Positions 36,342 through 46,767 of a DNA stretch of 49,332 bases are shown here, one piece after another (the first letter of the stretch is position 1; each line of letters starts with the position of its first letter). The DNA is taken from positions 462,885 to 512,216 of the forward strand of contig NC_069000.1 in the NCBI RefSeq assembly GCF_001194135.2, given 5' to 3'. The notes under the pieces were generated by a model. That model was not told the origin of the DNA. It made no database searches and was given only the letters and a program-made list of their open reading frames with translations. The position numbers and the translations under genes are program-made. The stretch comes from Octopus bimaculoides. Taxonomy: Eukaryota.

Positions 36342-36472
36342 ACCAATCAGATTGGAACCTGGTGCAGCTCCCTGGCTTACCAGTTTTCAGTCAAACTGTC
36401 CAACCCATGCCAGCATGGCAAACGGACGTTAAATGATGATGATGTTGATGATGATGATGATGATATAAATAG
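36342..36472 (+). mobile_element. Repeat family D, 3' end with (GAT)n tail
   Basis: cagattggaacctggtgcagc...gtccaacccatgccagcatggcaaacggacgttaaatgatgatgatg. Confidence 0.85.
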
Positions 36473-37130
36473 TGGATAGGGAAAGTAAAAGCAGTAGTGG
36501 GTATGGTTATGTTGATGTTGATGATGATGATTGATACCATCACATTAGAAGTTGTTGTTGTTGTTGGTGGTGGTGGAGGGATTTGAGGATAGGGTTTGTA
36601 CAAGAGGGAGAGAGTGAGAGAGAGAGAGAGATGATGATGTTCTTTGAAGATGGTAATGATGATTACTGTGCTGAGACTGGGGGTGGGGTGGGGTGGCATA
36701 ACTGTTATTGGAGATGATGACTAGAATAGGGGATGGTTGATAATTGTGATAGGAGAGATAACGAGAAGGAAGAGGGGGGTAGGGGAGGATTGAAACGGTG
36801 GTGGTGGTGATGATAAGGCCATAGCTATACCAGTGATGGTTAAGGTGGTGGTGGTGGTTATGATATTATTGAGGATCGTTATATTGAGGTGGGGGAGAGG
36901 TGGGGGTCGGAGATGTAGCAAGTTGAGTAAAGATGGATGCAGTTGTGATTAGGGATGGCAGCCAAGGGAGGAGGGAAGATAAAGATGACGATGATGACGA
37001 TGATGATGATGGTGATGATGATGATGATGGTGAAGTGAGATAATTCAGCAACGATGTTCAGGGAGCGTATCCAAGTGTAACATTTATGTTGGATGATGAT
37101 GATGATGACAATAACGATGGTGGTGGTGGT
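36430..37130. repeat. Compound GAT/GGT/GTT trinucleotide and G-rich low-complexity region
   Basis: Direct reading. Confidence 0.9.
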
Positions 37131-37507
37131 GGTAGGAGGTGGATTGCAATGGTGTCAGCTAACAATTTTTTGAAGTTTGTAGATAGAAAACAGATAGGTT
37201 CCTTCTCCCCCCCCCCGCCTCAGCTCCCTGTCCTCCATCTCTGCACCGCCCCCTCCGCCAAAGCAAATGAGGTGGGGCATGAATGAGTGTGAGATGTGCA
37301 TGTGTGTGTCTTTACATATGTACACAACCCACTCACATAAGACATAAGACTAGGGGCATGCATATTGGTGCAGACATGTTAACATAATTTGTTGCACACT
37401 GAAATTATTATTACATGCTGAAGGCTTTGAAACAGGTGTAACCTTAAGGATGACAAGTTGCTAAATAAAGATATTAACCTCTCACACCTCTTGACTTATT
37501 ATGTTTG

Positions 37508-37557
<50 letters not shown>

Positions 37558-38514
37558 NNNNNNNNNNNNNNNNNNNNNNNNNNNNNNNNNNNNNNNNNNN
37601 NNNNNNNNNNNNNNNNNNNNNNNNNNNNNNNNNNNNNNNNNNNNNNNNNNNNNNNNNNNNNNNNNNNNNNNNNNNNNNNNNNNNNNNNNNNNNNNNNNNN
37701 NNNNNNNNNNNNNNNNNNNNNNNNNNNNNNNNNNNNNNNNNNNNNNNNNNNNNNNNNNNNNNNNNNNNNNNNNNNNNNNNNNNNNNNNNNNNNNNNNNNN
37801 NNNNNNNNNNNNNNNNNNNNNNNNNNNNNNNNNNNNNNNNNNNNNNNNNNNNNNNNNNNNNNNNNNNNNNNNNNNNNNNNNNNNNNNNNNNNNNNNNNNN
37901 NNNNNNNNNNNNNNNNNNNNNNNNNNNNNNNNNNNNNNNNNNNNNNNNNNNNNNNNNNNNNNNNNNNNNNNNNNNNNNNNNNNNNNNNNNNNNNNNNNNN
38001 NNNNNNNNNNNNNNNNNNNNNNNNNNNNNNNNNNNNNNNNNNNNNNNNNNNNNNNNNNNNNNNNNNNNNNNNNNNNNNNNNNNNNNNNNNNNNNNNNNNN
38101 NNNNNNNNNNNNNNNNNNNNNNNNNNNNNNNNNNNNNNNNNNNNNNNNNNNNNNNNNNNNNNNNNNNNNNNNNNNNNNNNNNNNNNNNNNNNNNNNNNNN
38201 NNNNNNNNNNNNNNNNNNNNNNNNNNNNNNNNNNNNNNNNNNNNNNNNNNNNNNNNNNNNNNNNNNNNNNNNNNNNNNNNNNNNNNNNNNNNNNNNNNNN
38301 NAAAATAGCTTGTGGCATTTAATTGCAGCAATTAATGTTTACAATTTGAAATGGACAGATGGGTGAATAGGCAGATGGACTGATTGATTGATTCGTTGAT
38401 TGATCAATTGATATCCTGGTGATCCACTTTCAAATCTCAGCTATTTCGCTTCACCTTTCTTCCATTGTTAATGTCAGTATTTCACACCCAATCCAATGAA
38501 CCCATTGGGGAAGC

Positions 38515-38820
38515 CTCTACATGGTTGCTTGATCTGCTAAAAACAGCAGCAAAATCTCCACTAAAGCACACCCAGCCTTCTTTAAAATACAAGGGATCAC
38601 AGAGTTCTAGAGACACTGCAACTGAATAACAGATATCTTTCAGATCGGGGCCCATCTTGATCAAAGCTAATTTGGGAATAAACAACAACAGCAACAAACC
38701 TAGCAGCCCTACTATTTTGATATAGTCATAGATATATACAGACAGGATGGTCATGGCTAGAATGCTTTTGATCATAGGTTTTCTCAAATGAGACTTGTCT
38801 TGGGGGTAAACAACAACAAT
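38515..38820 (+). mobile_element. Repeat family C with duplicated tail region (opposite-strand copy at 40095-40225)
   Basis: ctgctaaaaacagcagcaaaatctcc...aataaacaacaacagcaac...ggatggtcatggctagaatgcttttgatcataggt...ggggtaaacaacaac. Confidence 0.75.
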
Positions 38821-39728
38821 ACTTTAATCCTAATTAATCATCCATTGATGGATACGTTTGCGTGACAATGTATATAATTCTATTTATGCTACTGCATAAG
38901 ATGAAATGAAATTTTTAACCAGGAATTGAACCCTGCTCTCTGGTTTTCACTTACTGCAACATTTTTCCTGCTCCACAACACATAGAAAATATCACTTTCT
39001 AGTAATATTTCCATGACAAAAGATTTCGGAAGTGGGAAGGGAACATGGTCAAGAATTCTGGAAAAGGTGAACGAGAAAAGATGAAGGTCAAAAATGTTTT
39101 CACGAAGGTGTGAAAGTCATCAACCCTGAACTTTGTGTCATCACTAAATACCAGCTTCTAACACAGCAAAACACCTCAAATTTTGTGGGAGAGTCAGTGA
39201 AGACACAACCACAGTTCCTCATTGGGACTTTATTTTATCAACCCTGTAATAATGAATGTTAACGCTCTGCCACAAGGTCTCTCTAAATACAGGAAGAAAT
39301 GTTATTTTGAAGCCCTAACCAATTCTGTCAACCCTCTGCCCTTTTCATGAGAATATTTGATTCTGAATAAGTGTGTATAAGTGACAAAATAATATCTAAA
39401 AGAGTGACCACCTGTTTCTTCCTCTTAGAAAAACTTCACCAATAAAGTATGCAGTGTTTGTCTAAGTCATTCATTGACCTGATGGGACAAAAGGAAAAAA
39501 GGAATGTTAAGTCAAACAATTGAGGTTATTTATCTTCTTATAACATTTGCCATATTATGTAACATTTATGGCATTTATCATGTTGTTGACATCATCAGAA
39601 TTTATAAACTTTTGAGGGAATGTGAAATTTTTTTTTTGATTTTTTTTTTTTTTTTTTTTCTGAAACTGTATCTGAAAGCTTTAAATAATAGCATTCAAAT
39701 ATTGGATTGAAAAACCCTTTTAGATAGA

Positions 39729-39820
39729 AAAAGTCAAAGGCTGGCTATGAGTCTTGAACCTACATCTCCTGTTATGTCTACAGAAGTTGGGCTGCATCCC
39801 AAAGGCAGCCTTTGACTTTT
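39729..39820 (-). other. tRNA-sized cloverleaf closed by a perfect 15-bp stem (not a canonical tRNA)
   Basis: Outer stem 39729-39743/39806-39820 encloses three abutting hairpins, one with a GGTTCAAGA T-loop-like sequence. Confidence 0.6.
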
Positions 39821-39891
39821 CCAACCCAATATTTATCATGTTATATAACATCTATCATGTCACACAGCATTTATATAAACATGTTTATATT

Positions 39892-39988
39892 ACATATTAA
39901 TTACTATAACATACTAATTACTACTATAACATATTAATTACTATAACATACTAATTACTACTATAACATATTAATTACTATAACATAC
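39892..39988. repeat. Minisatellite with alternating 17/20-bp units (37-bp higher-order repeat)
   Basis: acatattaattactata / acatactaattactactata alternate for five units plus a partial one. Confidence 0.9.
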
Positions 39989-40247
39989 AATGTTTACCAT
40001 ATTATACAACATTTATCCTATTATATAACTTGATATCGTACCATCATTTCAAGGACGGTACCAGCATTTGGTTGATCCCTAATTGGTGAGACCAGATGAA
40101 AAGGACCCATAACCAAAGGCATTCTAGTCTTGACTATCTCTTCAACAAATACATTATGCAATGTGTCCTTCCCTTTTGAAGATGTTAGAGTGAGAACTGT
40201 AGGAGATTTGGCTGCAGTTTCTACATGTTGATATTTGGTTAGTGCAA

Positions 40248-40432
40248 GGTGGTGAGCCGGCAGAATCTTTGGCAACAGAAATGCTTAGCAGTATTGTGTT
40301 CAACTTCTGCCAAGATTGACTTTGCCTTTCATCCTTTCAGGGTCAATAAATACCAGTTATGCACTGGGGATCAATGTAATAGGCTTACCCGCTCCCCAGA
40401 ACTTTCTGGCCTTGTGTCAAAATTTGAAATCA
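40248..40432 (+). mobile_element. SINE family A, CpG-depleted
   Basis: ggtgagccggcagaatc...cttctgccaagattgactttgcctttcatcctttcagggtcaataaataccagttatgcactgggg. Confidence 0.85.
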
Positions 40433-40687
40433 ATGTTTGTATAATGTTAATGTGTGTGTGTGTGGTCAATTTTGCCTCATTCCAAAGCTTCAATGATTGA
40501 AATTCTTATGTAACTAAATTCATGAAGGTTGGATATAAATTACAAGAGTTCACTATAATGTCAGTCGTAAGGTAGTGTATCCATGTTACATACATACATA
40601 CATAAAGATATATACATATACACATATCTATAATGATATACACAATATATAATTATATATATATTATCTGTTCTATANNNNNNNNNN

Positions 40688-40738
<51 letters not shown>

Positions 40739-42394
40739 GTTCTATATAATTATATATGATATGATGATGATGATGGTGATGATGGTATATATACATATAT
40801 ACATATGCGTGTGAGGATTATATCATAAAACAAGAATCAAATATCTTTCTCCCTTACATTCCATTTTGTGTACACTTTGTTCCACCCAGTCCAAGTCATT
40901 TTTGTTCTTTATGTCTAATTTTCACTGCAACAATATCAAACTCATCCTTTGCACATTTAGACAGTCTTTTAGGAGGTTTTTTTTTTTGTTTTTGACCTGA
41001 TTTTACAATTTTGGCTTTGGTCCTGTCATGTCACAATTTCTGATGACCAGATTCTTGTGAAACTAGGAGTATCAGCCAAACTAAAGGAGGTGATGATGTG
41101 ATAACTGGCTTTACTCAGCTGGTTAGAACCTACAGACACAAAGATTAACACTACTTGGAACTGGCAGACTTTTAGACAATTGCAATGTAGAATACTTTTC
41201 TTCGTGTTCTTCCCTGGTTAGAGGTTGCAGTGCCATGTTAAGGATACGTGATCGGTAAGTTTATCCATGCCATAAGGATCTGCTTTAAAGGGCAACATGA
41301 GCTCCTCCCTGGTGCCCCAGCTCTAGTTATTCTGAATCTGAGCACCATAATGCATATGTTGCTGTGTATCTGTTGTATCGACCACTCCATGTATCTCCTC
41401 TCCCTATTCCCTCCACTTCCCAATGTCTCGCCAGATCCATTTGCTCTGATTATGACTCTTACATAACTTTGTATTAGTCATTCATAACAGGTTCACGGTG
41501 TGCGAGTTAAGAGACCTTTTATTGGGTCAATCACAAAGTAAAAATTCATCAATAATAACAGCAATAAACAGCATCAGTCCACTTTTTGATTCAAACACAG
41601 TTTTTAACAAATTCAATCTACAATGGATATTTATTGAAGAAATCTTTTACACAATTAAAAATAAGATATAATTACACCAGGAGTGATCTTTGATAAATTT
41701 AATTCATTAAATTGATAAGGAATAACTGGAATACATTTGACTCTGTTGAGTGTTTGCAGTTTGTAAACATAAAAAAAAAAAAAACTGACAAATGTGATTT
41801 TAACTCATCATGAAATTGAAGTTTCTAGAATCACTTTATTCAGATCAAATGTTCAGTTTTATGCTAGATTCTATTAATTTTTTTTTGGCTCAAAATTGGA
41901 AAAAAATTCTTATACAATTAACCGAAATTGATTTTTATTTGCATCATATATTATTGACCAAACTATTTTACATAAATTCTATGCTAAACAGTTTATTTTG
42001 AAAGGCTATAGAATTCACTGGTTTCTGTTAAGTTGATATTCACTTATTTTTTTATGTTAACTTCAGTTCTTAGAACTCTTTCTGTAAAGAATTTTACAAA
42101 GACATCAGAAGAGAATTCCCAATGTTTTCATCTCTTACTTTCCGTTGTTAATATCTGTACTTCACTGCAAAGCAAATAAGTTGGCTGAATCGTTAAGACC
42201 AGGTACTGGTCACTGGTCAGCCAAGCACGGTCATCATTGCCTCTCTAAGAGGAATATTTCACACTCAACAATCTCTATATTTTTGACTTATGCCAATTGC
42301 ATGAAAACTTTAAATTTGAGGAAATACTCCAATTTATAAAACATAGTTATATCAGTCTTTGCACACCTTTAATGCAGGTGTGTATTGAACATCT

Positions 42395-42437
<43 letters not shown>

Positions 42438-42848
42438 CCATCATCACCGTCGTCACCATCTTTTACCACCCACTTTCCATACCAGTACAGAATCCATTGA
42501 GTTCGAGGACTGCATTGTAGTGGAATTAGCTACCATTTCTAACAGGTTGAATGACAATGTGAGGCCTCCTTTGATGGCTCACCTTTGCTTGTTGACCGGT
42601 TTGTCTGTTTGGTATTAAGATGGACAAGACAGCTTTTGCAATTTGCTGCTCTCCACACTCTCTGTCTGTCTCTCTCCCATGAGTAATGTTCTTGTTGTTG
42701 TTGTTGCTTATACCAGGGTGGTGGTGGGGGGGGGGGNNNNNNNNNNACTGCTGCTGCTTCATCAATTAAATACATTCATGTTGTGTTCACTGTGAATGTC
42801 CATAATGTAGGTTTTGTAATTTTAAAACAGAGAGAGGGAGAGAGAGAC

Positions 42849-42883
<35 letters not shown>

Positions 42884-43734
42884 TGCAAGCAACGTAGCTC
42901 AATCAGTCAGTCCTTCTCACGTCTTGCTCTGTTAACTTGTGTTGCAGCAGTGATGTTGTAACATGAAAAAAAAAAGAAAACCACAAAGGAAGGAAGGAAG
43001 GAAGGAAGGAAAGGAATACGGAGGGAGGCTGGTAAGGGGGCGGGGGGAGCTGTAAGAAGAGGAGAGTGTAAGAGCAAAAGGCTGCTCTTTCTCCATTTCA
43101 GTTCTAACCCAGACTCTCTCGAGAATTCTCCATCCATTCAAAAGCAAATGTTCATCAACGAAAATCTGCTTCCTTCCCACTATTCAAACACACACACACA
43201 CATCTATATATATATATGTATATAGATGTGTGTGTGTGTGTGTGTGTATGCACGCATGCACACGCGTGGGTATATGGGTGTGTGTGTGTGTTTGAAGTGT
43301 ATTTTTCTATCTCTGGGGGCAGTGGGGGAGGTGAAATCGAAAATGAAATCAGATAGCGATTATAATTAACTAATTAATTTCAGCTTTATTTGTTGTTTGT
43401 TTAATTAAGATGAATCGAATTGAATGAATGAGCATGAGAGACTGGTGGTGGACATGGTGGCGTTGGTGCTGCTGCTAGCTTTGGTGGCCATGTCTGGTGG
43501 TGGTGGTGGTGGTAATGCCTGAAGTGATAAATATATAACACTGTAAATATAGGTCATTGTTAATATTGTAGTAGTAGTAGTAGTAGTAGTTTTGCCTTTC
43601 CCTTGCTCTGATTGAAAGTTCCCACAATGAAAGGCAGTCCAACTTTGACCATCCTGTCTTTTCTCTTTCCAGGCATTGTCTACACCAGACTACACTAATC
43701 AAGAGGAGGGTTTCCTTGAACGAATTCCTTAAGT

Positions 43735-43800
43735 TCAATTCCTGTCAAGAGTGAAGAATCTAACATTTCGGGCTCTTAGCCTTCATCTGAGAGTGAGCAA
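43735..43800 (-). mobile_element. Second Penelope-like terminal fragment with degenerate hammerhead motif
   Basis: Minus strand 43789->43761: cagatga-a-ggct-aag-agcc-c-gaaa-tgtta. Confidence 0.45.
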
Positions 43801-43844
43801 GTGAGAAAGAACGACCGGTGCTGTCACCTGGAGGCAAGTAAATA

Positions 43845-44187
43845 GGTTTCAGTCATTAGATGACAGCCATGCTGGAGCTCCATCTTGAGGGGTTTTAGTA
43901 AAACAAATTAACCCCAGGACCCAAGCACTCATTCTTAAACTTAGTATTAGTCTCTTTTCGTCATACTGCTAAGTTATAGGGATGTAAACACACCAACACC
44001 AGCTGGCAAGTGGTGGTGGGGACAAATACAACACACAAATAGATACATACGTATGTATGTATATATGATGGGCTTCTTTCAGTTTCCATCTACCAAGTCC
44101 ACTCACACAACTTTGGTTGACCCTGGGCTATAGTAGAAAACATTTACCCAAGGTGCCATGCAGTGGGACTGAACCCAAGACCACGTG
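43845..44187 (-). mobile_element. SINE family B (tRNA head plus CORE-like domain; resembles octopus OR-type SINEs), near full length
   Basis: Minus strand reads ...gggttcagtcccactgcatggcaccttgggtaaatgttttctactatagccc...gagtggacttggtagatggaaactgaaagaagccc...ccagcatggc...gactgaaac. The accttgggtaa motif resembles the CORE-SINE CCTTGGGCAAGT motif. Confidence 0.85.
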
Positions 44188-44289
44188 CTCATCTAAAGAA
44201 AGGTAACCCCATACATTTCGTGCAGAACTGATAACGACTGGGCTTGTGACATGTTGCACCTGACCAAGACAAGTTGGAAGGTCAAGAGA

Positions 44290-44440
44290 AAGGGACTGGC
44301 TCTACACAAACCGCTCTAATAGCATTCGTCATGCAGGTTGTTCAGCAATCCAAGACACCAATTCCAAGTTGAGTAAAGAGAGGGGAAGAGGTGATCTTGG
44401 TGGGTGGACGATGTCACTGGAAATCTTCAGCTCTGACCCC
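44290..44440 (+). mobile_element. Possible very decayed RTE C-terminal fragment
   Basis: Frame-broken KRG(R)...WVDDVTG resembles KRKRGRP..RW.DDV. Confidence 0.3.
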
Positions 44441-44745
44441 TGCACACACAGGTGGGCAAAGGCTTATGGTCAAGCAATGGTGTTTTACTGAACCGTCATC
44501 CATCAAAGCACCAACACAGTCCATAAAATGTATGTATGTATGTGTGTTTGTATATATATATAGTGAGAGACAGACAGACAGACAGGTTCATCTTTTTTCA
44601 CAACACTCGTTAACCGAACATGGTCTTTGCCTCCAATAACATCTTCCAGCTCTGACTAGCTTGCAGTGTTACATAATTGTGCCTGTTATCTAATCCAATC
44701 TAATATTCAGTGTGAAACTGATTGGTAATGAATATATAGTGCTGT

Positions 44746-44788
<43 letters not shown>

Positions 44789-45903
44789 TATACACACTAG
44801 CAAATGCACCCGTCCTTTGGACGGTTTAAGTTACTTTGGTTTTTTGTTTTTTTTTTAGATTATATAAAAATAATTATGGCTGTTCTCGGGGGGCTGCATT
44901 ACATAAGAGGATAGAATAGTTTATTGATTTTTAGCTACAAAAAATAGGGTTACATTATGATTGAGAAAGTGTTTTACTTGAGTCAACACAGCACACACAC
45001 ACACACCCTTTCCATCATCATCATCACCATCATGATCCTCTTCATTTCAGGATTTGCTTTTCCTTGTTCCGTGGCTGGCTGCCCTTCCTGACGCCAATCC
45101 TTTTAATCGTTTCCTTCAACACACAGATGCAAATGGATGCAAGACATGCACAAACATGCACATGTACATGTATAGACATGCACGCACGCACACACACACA
45201 CATCATGATGGAATAGAGACAGACAGACAGACAGAAGGATGGTTTAGAGTTGACAATGTAGACAACTCCAATGCCATCCCTTGTTGTACAGGAAGCAAGG
45301 TACAGTGGAGAGTGGAGGGCAGCAGAAGGTTTGGAAGGTGAGAAAGCTTTGAAGAGACAGAACATAGCAGGAACATAATGGAACCAACACCTAAATGCAA
45401 ATATATTCAAAATGCCCACTTTTGTTACAGCTACCATTTTAAGGTTTCTATCTCCATGTTTACATACATGCACAAACACATATGTTCACTCTATTTTATA
45501 TATTGAGTATTTTACCTGAAACGGAGTTCTTCCACTTTTTTATTCAGACACAGAAAACAATGATCTGTGCATGTGTGTGCACATGTGCATGCATGTGCGT
45601 GTATTTGTGTGTGTGTGTGCCAACCCACATCTGTTTCCAAATAGGGTAATGGTCCCTTGTGGTCAAACATATTTTTCACAACACTTGAGACGAGCAATAT
45701 TACTTGTATGACAGTGACTCTTGCTTACAATGTCTCTAATTTGATCTTATTCTTTGTTAAATATCATTATTGATCTTGTACCCAGTGAAATTTCATTGAT
45801 CCCCTAGTTAAATAAAATTTTTGTTTGCTGGGTTTTTTTTTTCTTTCTAATATATAATCTCTATATAGATATATATCATTTATACTGTCTCTTTGTCTTT
45901 CAG

Positions 45904-45972
45904 CTGGTGAGATGAAGGCACCACTTGGAAAAGTTTGATACATTTTGGCTGTAGAACTGATTAGAACCAGGC
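45904..45972 (+). other. 5' UTR part of the first coding exon
   Basis: Acceptor tttatactgtctctttgtctttcag|c (AG at 45902-03); TGA at 45913-15 is in frame with the main ORF, so the CDS cannot extend upstream. Confidence 0.7.
45912..45938 (+). promoter_or_regulatory. Upstream ORF MKAPLGKV*
   Basis: ATG at 45912 (G at -3) to TGA at 45936-38; ends 34 nt before the main ATG, in a different frame. Confidence 0.5.
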
Positions 45973-46767
45973 ATGCAAAATTCACTTGTTGCTTCAAGGC
46001 GGGCTTCTCTCGAGCTATCTCTTTCAGGGCCATCCAACTCTGCATCAAGCTATCTGAAAACTTATCGCCCTGATTCTGGATATTTAAAATACCATGGCTA
46101 TTCCTGCAGCCCTGCTTCAACTATCGACAGACTTTACTCCCGCCGGCTCCCTGATGGACCGGGTCCACTCGACAGAAAAGGCAAACTGTTATCGGACTTA
46201 CGCACCAACCGTTCACGCTACAGTGAAAACATCAGTTTGCCTTCGTACACAAAAACTCAAAAACCAACAGAATATACTCACACACCACTCAGTAGCTCCA
46301 AGTATTCTACATCCAATTATTCGTCCCCTTTATCTAGGAGTTATAAGAGCTCTCCTGGCAGTCTGTATAGTGGTAGCACCTTACGTAGCGCAAGAGCCTC
46401 AAGCGTTGTCGATTTGCCAAGCACACAAAGTCGGTACTCGGACTTTCGTTCTTCAGATGCCTATAGTTCTTCCCGCCTAAGAGCTGCCAGCCAATCACGC
46501 ACTGTAAACCCAGAGTCACATAGTCAAACAGGTTCGAGGAGCCGGGCACCCAGTGTGGATGTTGCCATGGAACGAGTCTCCAACAAATCAACAAAGAATG
46601 ATTCTACATCAACATTAGAAAACTACAATAGCAGCAGTTTAAACACATTGGGTTGGAGAGCCAAAGTGTACAGTGACAGATACAGTCCTGTGGAACCTCT
46701 CTCTGACCAGACAAATCATATCAACAACACAGTCAATCACATCAGCACTACAACAGCCAGAAGACCG
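45973..46767 (+). CDS. First coding exon (265 aa, phase 0) of an unidentified gene; Ser/Tyr/Arg-rich, probably disordered N-terminus
   Basis: The only long ORF not explained by repeats or gaps; ATG with G at -3; ends RRP at CG|GTGAGT (46768-73). Downstream exons are not confidently visible in the window. Confidence 0.85.

Larger units (their letters stand above)
2269..42746. other. 13 assembly gaps (N runs)
   Basis: 2269-2895, 5485-5584, 7954-8465, 11238-11995, 17479-18109, 20497-21383, 23920-23929, 25128-25226, 27350-27806, 34378-34416, 37558-38301, 40678-40687, 42737-42746. Confidence 0.98.

Noticed and set aside
2149-38366. Long ORFs in the track that contain X runs (for example 2208-3095, 11169-12134, 20296-21501, 37474-38331)
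   Set aside because: They are open only because N gaps contain no stop codons.
38917-38945. Isolated B-box/T-arm-like word (minus strand GGGTTCAATTCCTGG) with a short aaccag/ctggtt inverted repeat
   Set aside because: No complete cloverleaf or A-box; probably a SINE or tRNA-pseudogene remnant.
41230-41440. Trace of an RTE C-terminus on the minus strand (QQHMHYGAQ ~ PKQLLYGEL; GHQ..MLPFK)
   Set aside because: Needs several frameshifts and has too few matching residues.
45973-46767. Naming the gene USP2
   Set aside because: The resemblance is compositional only and no catalytic-domain exon is in the window; gene symbol left empty.
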